Source of the DNA: Bacteroidales bacterium
Lineage (GTDB): Bacteria > Bacteroidota > Bacteroidia > Bacteroidales > VadinHA17
Assembly (NCBI GenBank): GCA_021157415.1
Contig: JAGGWN010000001.1
Span: 2,679 to 66,678, forward strand
Direction of reading: 5' to 3'
DNA length: 64,000 bases
This document shows positions 57,700 to 64,000 of this stretch, in pieces. The notes beneath the pieces were generated by a model. That model was not told the origin of the DNA. It worked only from the letters and a program-made list of their open reading frames with translations, and did no database searches. Numbering within the stretch: position 1 is the first letter of the stretch; each line of letters starts with the position of its first letter. A program made the position numbers and the translations under genes.

Positions 57700-59355
57700 T
57701 TATTTTTGATACAGGAACCGCTTGATTTTATTGGTGGCTGTTTTGATAAAAGGCTCTTTCTGCAACTTGACAGCGTTGATGCGTGAAAACTTGTTCACCT
57801 GGCTGTTGACATAATCCTTCACTTCAATCAGCAGCGATTCGATCTTATCGGTATAAAAATCCGAAGCGCTCTCTTTTAATTCATTGAATTTCTTTTCGAG
57901 AGCTTCAATGTTCACATTCACCAGGGCCACTAATTTTCCTTTTTCTTCGATCACCAGCGATTCATCCACAAACCAGAACTGGTTGATGACCGATTCGATA
58001 TCATCGGGATAGACATTTTCGCCGCCGGAGCCTACGATCACATTTTTCAGACGTCCTTTAATAAAAAGATAACCGTCTTTATCAAAAACGCCCAAGTCTC
58101 CGGTTTTAAACCAGCCGTCAGGGGTAAGTACCTCACGGGTCATCTCCGGTTCTTTATAATAGCCTTTCATCACACTGTCTCCTCTCACCCATATCTCCCC
58201 TTCCCCGGTTTGGGGATCAGGATCGTGGATGATCACCTCAATATCCTCGATGGGATGGCCGGTAGATTGCAGGCGCTGGTTGTGTGTACCGAAACCGGCG
58301 ATCAGCGGAGAGGTTTCTGTCAGGCCGTAACCCACTGAATACGGAAAACGGGCTTCCAGCAGAAACTCTTCAACCGTCTTGTTAATCTTGGCTCCTCCTA
58401 TGCCGAAAAATCCGATCTCACCCCCGAAGGTTTTTATCAGCTTTTTGCCGGCCATACGGTTCAGCATTTTCCGGAATGGGGGCATCTTATACAACGAACT
58501 CATCAGCTTGCTTTTTGTAAAGGCAGGCAAGACTTGCTTCTTATAGATCTTTTCTATGATCAGCGGGACGGTGAGCATCAGGGTGGGTTTCACTTTTTTC
58601 AGTGCGGGCAATAACACAGACGGTGTGGGAGGTTTCTTCAGATAATAGATACATGAGCCCGAGACCACCGGGATCAACATGCCGATGGTGTTTTCGTAGG
58701 TATGGGAAAGCGGGAGGATGGAAAGAAAGCGATCGTCAGGACCGATAGTGTGTATTTTCTTCCCTTTCATGGCATTGAACACAAGGTTCTTATGCGTAAG
58801 CATTACTCCTTTCGACTTTCCCGTAGTTCCTGAGGTGTAGATGATCACCGCCAGGTCGTCTTCTTTCACCTCATACTCTCTTTGCGGCTTTCCTTTTGGG
58901 TCAAATGGGTCAAAATGAAGCAACGGATCATTTCCTGAGACGGGTGAGAAATCCTCCATGGCAAACATATACTGCAAGCTTTCCGGCAGGTCCCTGGCCA
59001 CTTTGTAACGCAGTCCTTTCGAGACAAACAAGGCGCTGGCTTCCGAATGGCTCAGGATATAACTGATTTCATGCGGTGTAAAATCCGGCAACAAAGGGAC
59101 GGCCACAGCGTCCATGGAGGTAATGGCAAAATAGATTACCACCCAGTTGGGCATATTGGTACCGAGCAAAGCGACCTTATCTCCAGGTTGTATGCCTGCT
59201 TTTTCCAGTAAGGCCATCACAGCACGTCTTTCGGCATCTACTTCAGCATAGGTGAGGGGTGTCTCACCCACAAAAGCCAGTGCTTCGTGGGTAGGATAAG
59301 CCGAAGCGGTTCTGCTGAAAACGGCAGGTAATGTCATGATCCCCTTTTCGTCCAT
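57700..59355 (-). CDS. Long-chain-fatty-acid--CoA ligase (AMP-binding enzyme family)
   Basis: AMP-binding motif IIYTSGTTGKSKGVMLTHKN, GYGLTETSP, TGDLG...DGYLFIKGRLKN. Confidence 0.9.
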   Translation of the reverse strand: MDEKGIMTLPAVFSRTASAYPTHEALAFVGETPLTYAEVDAERRAVMALLEKAGIQPGDKVALLGTNMPNWVVIYFAITSMDAVAVPLLPDFTPHEISYILSHSEASALFVSKGLRYKVARDLPESLQYMFAMEDFSPVSGNDPLLHFDPFDPKGKPQREYEVKEDDLAVIIYTSGTTGKSKGVMLTHKNLVFNAMKGKKIHTIGPDDRFLSILPLSHTYENTIGMLIPVVSGSCIYYLKKPPTPSVLLPALKKVKPTLMLTVPLIIEKIYKKQVLPAFTKSKLMSSLYKMPPFRKMLNRMAGKKLIKTFGGEIGFFGIGGAKINKTVEEFLLEARFPYSVGYGLTETSPLIAGFGTHNQRLQSTGHPIEDIEVIIHDPDPQTGEGEIWVRGDSVMKGYYKEPEMTREVLTPDGWFKTGDLGVFDKDGYLFIKGRLKNVIVGSGGENVYPDDIESVINQFWFVDESLVIEEKGKLVALVNVNIEALEKKFNELKESASDFYTDKIESLLIEVKDYVNSQVNKFSRINAVKLQKEPFIKTATNKIKRFLYQK

Positions 59356-59375
59356 ACATACTGATTTAAGATAAA

Positions 59376-59870
59376 TTAAATAAGATTCCGTTTCAGGTCG
59401 ATCATTTTCAGGACAGTCACAGCTGCTTCCACGCCTTTGTTTCCGTGCTTTCCCCCTGCCCGGTCGAGAGCCTGCTGCATATTGGAAGTTGTCAGCACGC
59501 CAAAGATAAAAGGGATATTGTACTTAATATTCAGTTGTGTGATCCCCTGGGTGACTCCCTGACAGATATAGGTAAAATGAGGCGTTTCGCCCTGGATTAC
59601 ACACCCCAGACAGATCACTCCGTCAACATTCGAATACTCAGCCATCCACTGGGCCCCGAGGGTAAGTTCAAAACTCCCCGGGACATGTTCCATCAGTATA
59701 TCTTCTTTCCTGACGCCATCGTTCCGGAGGGTCTTCACCGCTCCTTCGGCCAGCACATCGGTGATGGTATTGTTCCATTCCGACACAACGATGCCTATTT
59801 TCATGCCTTCCCCGGAAGGGATGGCCGTATCATCAAAATCGGACAGGTTCTTTTTTTTCACGGACGTCAT
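59376..59870 (-). CDS. ribH: 6,7-dimethyl-8-ribityllumazine synthase
   Basis: 164 aa. [37 protein letters not shown] are classic RibH strings. Confidence 0.9.
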   Translation of the reverse strand: MTSVKKKNLSDFDDTAIPSGEGMKIGIVVSEWNNTITDVLAEGAVKTLRNDGVRKEDILMEHVPGSFELTLGAQWMAEYSNVDGVICLGCVIQGETPHFTYICQGVTQGITQLNIKYNIPFIFGVLTTSNMQQALDRAGGKHGNKGVEAAVTVLKMIDLKRNLI

Positions 59871-59881
59871 AATACAATCCC

Positions 59882-60601
59882 TTATTTTCCCGAGGCGGCC
59901 AGCTCCTTTGACAGTTCTACGCGGGTGATATATTTTTCAATATTCTGGGCTTCTTTGCTTTCGGGATAATTATCTTTGATCTCTTTATATAGCTCCAGTG
60001 CTTTGTCATAGCGCTTCAGGTTTTCCAGCACCTTCCCGGCTTTCATCAGATAGACCGGCGTTACAAAACCCGCTTTGGATTTTGTGGAAGCTTTCAGATA
60101 AAATTCCAGGGCTTTTTCCTTGTCCCCGAGCTGCATCCATGCATCGCCGGTGGCACCGAGGGCTACCACCGACACCATCAGGTCTTTGCTATGAAACCGT
60201 GAAAGATAATCAATGGCATCTTCATACTGTCCGATCCGCAGATAGGAAACACCGGCATAATATTTTGCCAGATTGGCGGCTTTGGTGATCTTATACTGAT
60301 CAATAATATCCAGGAAACCCAGGTTATTCCCGTCGCCATTGAGTGCCAGATTAAAAGAGTCTTTTTCAAAATAATCTTCCGCCACATACATCTGTGACAA
60401 TGCTTCTTTGTATTTAGGCAGTACGACCATCTTCTTAAAAAATGTAAACCCAACCACGATCACGACAATCACGCCGACGATGATCGTCAGAATTTTTTGG
60501 TTATCCTCGATAAACTGTTCGGTGCGGGTTAAAGCTTCCTCAAAACTTTCTACCTGTTTCTCCGTTTTCTTTATCTTTTTCTTCGTTTCCTTTTTAGCCA
60601 T
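59882..60601 (-). CDS. TPR-repeat membrane-anchored protein (YfgM-like)
   Basis: Lys-rich N-terminus, one transmembrane helix ([19 protein letters not shown]), then TPR-like helices. The ATG at 60601 (MAKKETKKK) is preferred. Confidence 0.6.
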   Translation of the reverse strand: MAKKETKKKIKKTEKQVESFEEALTRTEQFIEDNQKILTIIVGVIVVIVVGFTFFKKMVVLPKYKEALSQMYVAEDYFEKDSFNLALNGDGNNLGFLDIIDQYKITKAANLAKYYAGVSYLRIGQYEDAIDYLSRFHSKDLMVSVVALGATGDAWMQLGDKEKALEFYLKASTKSKAGFVTPVYLMKAGKVLENLKRYDKALELYKEIKDNYPESKEAQNIEKYITRVELSKELAASGK

Positions 60602-60704
60602 CCTTTTGCGATTTAATTTCCGCAAAAGTAATGGTTTTGTTTCTTTTATAAAACGGACTGCCTATATTTTTATATTTTTGTTGCATATGAAGTCCGAAGA
60701 AATC

Positions 60705-61832
60705 ATGAACAATCTGTATCTCAACAAATTATCATTAGTACAATTCAAAAATTATCAGGAGGCTTCTCTGGCGTTTTCCCCGAAGATCAATTGTTTTGTC
60801 GGGGATAATGGAGTCGGGAAGACCAATTTGCTGGATGCGATCCACTATCTATCGCTTACCAAAAGCTTTTTTAACAACATAGATCAACAGAACATCCTCC
60901 ATGGGAAAGATTTTTTTGTGCTTCAGGGGGAGTTTGTAAAAAAAGGGCATTCCGAGAAGGTTTTTTGCAGTGTGAGACAGAACAAGAAAAAGATCTTCAA
61001 GCGCAATAACAAGGATTATGAACGTTTTGCCGATCATATTGGTCTTTTTCCGGTGGTGATGATCTCGCCGGCCGACAGCAGCCTGATTCTGGAAGGCAGC
61101 GAACAGCGGCGACGTTTTATGGATACAGTCATCTCTCTCTACAACAAACAATATCTGCATGCCCTGATACGATACAACCGCGCTCTGTTGCAGCGTAATA
61201 AACTGCTCAAACAGTTCGAGTTCAAAAGGGAAAATTTCTATGACGAGCTGGAGCTGTGGGACACACAACTGGTCGTACCGGGAAACGAGATCTACCAAAA
61301 AAGAAAAGAATTCATTGAAAAGGTCATTCCGGTTTTTCAACAATACTATAATACCATCTCAGAAGAAAAAGAGAAGGTGGGGCTGGAATACCGTTCTCAG
61401 TTGCACGAAAGCAATTTTGAGACGCTGTTGGTTACCAACCGCGACAAGGACCGAGTGATGCAATTTTCGACCGTAGGCGTTCACAAAGACGATCTGATGA
61501 TGTCGCTCAACGATCATCCGTTGAAGAAGACCGGATCGCAGGGTCAGCAGAAAACATTCCTGGTGGCGCTGAAGTTTGCCAAGTTCGGATTTATCCGCGA
61601 CCTTACCCACACCAAACCGATCTTGCTTTTGGATGATATTTTTGATAAATTTGATGCACACAGGGTTTCTCAGATCATCCGTATGGTGGCACAGAATGAA
61701 TTCGGCCAGATCTTCATCACCGATACCCAACTGGAGCATCTGGAAAACATTCTGCAAGAGCTGGATACGGATTACAAGGTTTTCAAGATCAACGAAGAGA
61801 TTAAGACCGTCATACCGGGAGGAGAAACATGA
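60705..61832 (+). CDS. recF: DNA replication/repair protein RecF
   Basis: LYLNKLSLVQFKNY...FVGDNGVGKTNLLDAI (Walker A), signature GSQGQQKT, Walker B ILLLDDIFDKFD. The start could instead be the ATG at 60687. The track start at 60408 is antisense overlap with the TPR gene. Confidence 0.9.
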   Translation: MNNLYLNKLSLVQFKNYQEASLAFSPKINCFVGDNGVGKTNLLDAIHYLSLTKSFFNNIDQQNILHGKDFFVLQGEFVKKGHSEKVFCSVRQNKKKIFKRNNKDYERFADHIGLFPVVMISPADSSLILEGSEQRRRFMDTVISLYNKQYLHALIRYNRALLQRNKLLKQFEFKRENFYDELELWDTQLVVPGNEIYQKRKEFIEKVIPVFQQYYNTISEEKEKVGLEYRSQLHESNFETLLVTNRDKDRVMQFSTVGVHKDDLMMSLNDHPLKKTGSQGQQKTFLVALKFAKFGFIRDLTHTKPILLLDDIFDKFDAHRVSQIIRMVAQNEFGQIFITDTQLEHLENILQELDTDYKVFKINEEIKTVIPGGET

Positions 61833-62119
61833 AACGAACCAACACACAAAGTATCAGAGAAGTGATCCGGCAATATCTGAAAGAGATGCAACTCGACAGG
61901 AAGCTGCAGGAGGTGGCACTGGTAAATGAATGGGAAAACCTGGTGGGTAAGATTATTGCTTCCAAAACCGAACGGATATATATACATCATGAGGTTTTGT
62001 ATGTACATATCCGTTCGTCGGTGGTCAAACACGAGTTGATAATGATCAGTGAGGAACTGAAAGAAGCATTGAATAAAAAAGCGGGGGAAGTACTGGTAAA
62101 GGAGATTATTTTTAAATAA
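61829..62119 (+). CDS. DUF721 (DciA-like) protein
   Basis: 96 aa with an ATGA overlap with recF. The pattern ...WENLVG...ASKTERIYIHHEVLYVHIRSSVVKHEL... is typical of the DUF721 genes that follow recF in Bacteroidota. Confidence 0.7.
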   Translation: MKRTNTQSIREVIRQYLKEMQLDRKLQEVALVNEWENLVGKIIASKTERIYIHHEVLYVHIRSSVVKHELIMISEELKEALNKKAGEVLVKEIIFK

Positions 62120-62126
62120 GGCAGGG

Positions 62127-62614
62127 GATGGAGTGACGGAGGGATGGAGTGATTGGGTGATTGGGGGATTGGGTGACGGGGTGATGGAGTGATGAGGTGA
62201 TGAAGTGACGGAGTGATGGAGTGATGAAGTGACGGAGTGATGGAGTGATTGGGTGATTGGGTGATGGAGTGATGAGGTGATGGAGTGACGGAGTGATGAA
62301 GTGACGGAGTGATGAAGTGACGGAGTGATGGAGTGATTGAGGGATTGGGTGATGGAGTGATGAGGTGATGAAGTGATGAGGTGATGGAGTGACGGGGTGA
62401 TGGAGTGATGGAGTGATGGAGTGATGGAGTGACGGGGTGATGGAGTGATGGGGTGATGGAGTGATGGAGTGACGGAGTGATGGAGTGATGAAGTGACGGA
62501 GTGACGGAGTGATGGAGTGACGGAGGGATGGAATGACAGAGTGATGAAGAGACGAAGTGATGAAGTGACGGAGGGATGGGGTGACGAAGTGACGAAGTGA
62601 CAAAGGGATGAAGC
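62127..62614 (+). repeat. Phase-locked 8-bp purine-rich minisatellite, about 61 units, consensus GA(T/C)(G/T)(G/A)(A/G)GT
   Basis: I parsed every unit from 62127 in steps of 8 and found no insertion or deletion. The commonest units are GATGGAGT, GACGGAGT, GATGAAGT, GATGAGGT and GATTGGGT. Confidence 0.95.
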
Positions 62615-62791
62615 GAAGGAGATACTTACAGGCAGTAAATATTGAGATGGTTGAATAATCATAAGGTTGCCACATGAAAATATACATATTTAAATAAATA
62701 TTTATATATGTATTTAAATATTTATTTCAAATGAAGCAAAAGAAAAATTCCGTTGTTTCATTGACGAAGAAAATCATAGCATTCTATCAAC

Positions 62792-62808
62792 ATGTTAGCC
62801 ATCATTTT
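62792..62808. repeat. Left arm of the 17-bp inverted repeat flanking the mazEF cassette
   Basis: ATGTTAGCCATCATTTT matches the reverse complement of 63431..63447 (ATGTTAGCCATCGTTTT) at 16 of 17 positions. Confidence 0.8.
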
Positions 62809-62871
62809 AAAAACAATTTGCTATTTCACTTATTTGTGATAACTTTGTAATAACACATAAATAATGATGCC

Positions 62872-63117
62872 ATGGAAATATCTGTTATAAAAATCGGGAA
62901 TTCTAAAGGGTTTAGGTTACCGAAAGCCTTATTAGATAAATACAACATAAAAGACAAGGTTGAACTGATCCTTGAAAAAGGTTTTATTGTTTTAAAACCC
63001 ATCTCCACTCCCAGAAAAGGATGGGAAAATGCATTTAAAGAAATGCATAAGAAAGGGGATGACAAACTCTTATTTGATGACATATTTGACGAAGAAAATA
63101 TTGAAGAATGGATTTAA
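62872..63117 (+). CDS. mazE: AbrB/MazE/SpoVT-family antitoxin
   Basis: MEISVIKIGNSKGFRLPKALLDKY is the swapped-hairpin AbrB/MazE signature. 81 aa, overlapping the toxin gene by 10 nt. Confidence 0.8.
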   Translation: MEISVIKIGNSKGFRLPKALLDKYNIKDKVELILEKGFIVLKPISTPRKGWENAFKEMHKKGDDKLLFDDIFDEENIEEWI

Positions 63118-63431
63118 AACAATATCAAATAGTGTTGGTAAACCTGGACCCAACAATTGGGAGTGAGATAAAAAAAACAAGACCTTGCGTTATTGTTTCA
63201 CCTAATGAAATGAATAAATACCTCAGGACAATTATTATTGCCCCAGTGACAACAACTTCACGAAACTATCCAACAAGAGTTAAAGTGAGACATGACAATA
63301 AAAACGGATGGATAGTAATCGATCAGATCAGAACCATTGACAAAAAAAGAATTATTGGAATCCTGGGCAAACTAAATAATAAAGAAGTTAAGGAAGTAAA
63401 AAACATAATAAAAGAGACCTTCGTGGACTAA
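63108..63431 (+). CDS. mazF: MazF/PemK-family endoribonuclease toxin
   Basis: YQIVLVNLDPTIGSEIKKTRPCVIVSPNEMN...IIAPVTT matches the PemK/MazF core. 107 aa. Confidence 0.85.
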   Translation: MDLKQYQIVLVNLDPTIGSEIKKTRPCVIVSPNEMNKYLRTIIIAPVTTTSRNYPTRVKVRHDNKNGWIVIDQIRTIDKKRIIGILGKLNNKEVKEVKNIIKETFVD

Positions 63432-63447
63432 AAACGATGGCTAACAT
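63431..63447. repeat. Right arm of the 17-bp inverted repeat flanking the mazEF cassette
   Basis: AAAACGATGGCTAACAT begins at the last base of the mazF stop codon. Confidence 0.8.
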
Positions 63448-63886
63448 TGCATAAGGTGCATAGCTTCTATTGGGCTCTCCTGGAAAAAGATTTAATTCGA
63501 TTTTTTGTAAATTAGTTGTCAATAAGCCAAACGGAACTACACAACGCTACGCACCTTATGCCCACCGGAATGTAAGATTTTCTTGTCAGGGTAAATCCAA
63601 ATTGTGCAATAGAGCCATTTACAATCGCTCTCTTGCGCATTGGGTTTATATTTTTCTTGGGCAGGAGTAGCCCAGACTTGGATCATTCAGAGAGCAATCC
63701 CGGGAAGTTGGTTTTCAAAATGCAAAAGCACAGACAGAAACCATAGCGGAGGCGTCATGCATGACGTCTCCGCTACCTCACCAGATTTTTTGGTGGTGCA
63801 ATCAACGGGAATTCTTCGGCGGGAAAGCCCCTGGGTTTTGGTATCTCTGTGTTACTGCCTGCCAGGGTCTCCGTCAGCCGGGTCGA

Positions 63887-64000
63887 TCACTCCACCGGTT
63901 CGGCGGCTTCGGTTGTGGCAGGTTGCTTATCGCGGTAGTTCAATACCAAAATCTGGTTTGCTACCACTTCGGTGAAATATTTCTTCCCGCCAGTTTCGTC
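63887..64000 (-). CDS. Partial CDS (C-terminal 37 codons, continues beyond the window), possibly an SSB-like OB-fold protein
   Basis: The minus-strand frame from 64000 reads DETGGKKYFTEVVANQILVLNYRDKQPATTEAAEPVE-stop. K(K/R)Y.TE(V/I)V.......L resembles the last beta-strand of bacterial SSBs. There is no canonical acidic D-D-(I/L)-P-F tip. Confidence 0.3.
   Translation of the reverse strand, partial: DETGGKKYFTEVVANQILVLNYRDKQPATTEAAEPVE

Noticed and set aside
62127-62614. Possible CRISPR array
   Set aside because: The units are 8 bp and directly abutting, with no spacers. No cas genes and no leader are present. It is a minisatellite, not a CRISPR array.
61772-62687. Two long minus-strand ORFs (296 aa and 191 aa) encoding HHSITPSL-type repeats across the 8-bp array
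   Set aside because: The pyrimidine-rich strand of the array cannot form stop codons in any frame, so open frames are a compositional artefact. The 296-aa ORF also runs antisense through the well-supported DUF721 gene and the recF 3' end. Neither has a plausible N-terminus or signal. I keep this only as something to test by proteomics.
62826-63083. 85-aa minus-strand ORF overlapping mazE
   Set aside because: It is antisense to a clear AbrB/MazE-type antitoxin gene, and its translation has no recognisable features.
63431-63575. Canonical integron attC site after mazF (R'' GGCTAAC, L''/L' stem)
   Set aside because: After the L'-like arm (ending 63561), the expected R' core GTTRRRY at matching spacing is absent. 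The sequence there is CCACCGGAATGTAAG. No integrase gene is visible in the window. I report it only as an inverted-repeat-flanked cassette.
63560-63890. tRNA, tmRNA, RNase P RNA or group II intron domain V in the GC-rich non-coding stretch
   Set aside because: I looked for a T-loop (GGTTCGAATCC-like), a CCA-ending acceptor, GGAAAGTCCGG, and a 34-nt domain V (AGC...GNRA...). None is present. AGCCGG...CCGGTT at about 63875 is too short and lies in the SSB-like reading frame.
63470-63975. Plus-strand ORFs 63470..63670 (66 aa) and 63640..63975 (111 aa)
   Set aside because: They lack a recognisable start context and motifs, have odd composition (Cys/Trp/Arg-rich), and overlap strong hairpins. The second overlaps the better-looking minus-strand SSB-like reading frame.

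Overview
This 64 kb window looks like a chromosomal segment from a Bacteroidota bacterium. The evidence is a SusC/SusD pair, two proteins with T9SS C-terminal sorting domains, lipoprotein signal peptides and a TAnnTTTG-type promoter box. I support about 47 protein genes.

The gene content falls into four groups:
- **Housekeeping genes:** ligA, dapA, secA, ribH and recF with a DUF721 gene, an acyl-CoA ligase and a Cys/Met PLP enzyme.
- **Polysaccharide-utilisation locus (about 24.9-40.8 kb):** SusC/SusD converge on six glycan-processing genes (two GH18, one GH38, a multidomain hydrolase-like protein, a CBM9-like lipoprotein and a Tat-exported GHL10-like protein). GH47 and GH29 genes lie nearby. 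This points to eukaryote-type N-glycans as the substrate.
- **Corrinoid uptake locus (48.1-57.5 kb):** a clear cobalamin riboswitch leads btuB, a beta-propeller lipoprotein, a T9SS-sorted trypsin-like protease and BtuFCD-like genes.
- **Small accessory pockets,** described below.

The items I rate most worth follow-up are:
1. A bicistronic module at 42.97-46.35 kb. It pairs a sensor-less PP2C phosphatase with a 778-aa OLD-like ABC-ATPase/Toprim protein carrying a Rad50-like coiled-coil insert. A duplicated CCTACGTAGG palindrome lies upstream and a weak hairpin (possible terminator) downstream. It is a candidate undescribed defence system.
2. The secreted protease embedded in the B12 locus.
3. 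A phase-locked 8-bp minisatellite of about 61 units with no indel (62127-62614). A small relative at 9258-9338 supplies the last codons and stop of a TonB-dependent receptor.
4. A modular intergenic repeat family with at least 6 copies, all in the same orientation.
5. An AT-rich mazEF cassette flanked by 17-bp inverted repeats, next to a hairpin-rich non-coding stretch and a possible SSB-like gene end at the window edge.

All functional calls come from motifs I read in the translated ORFs. No database search was run.
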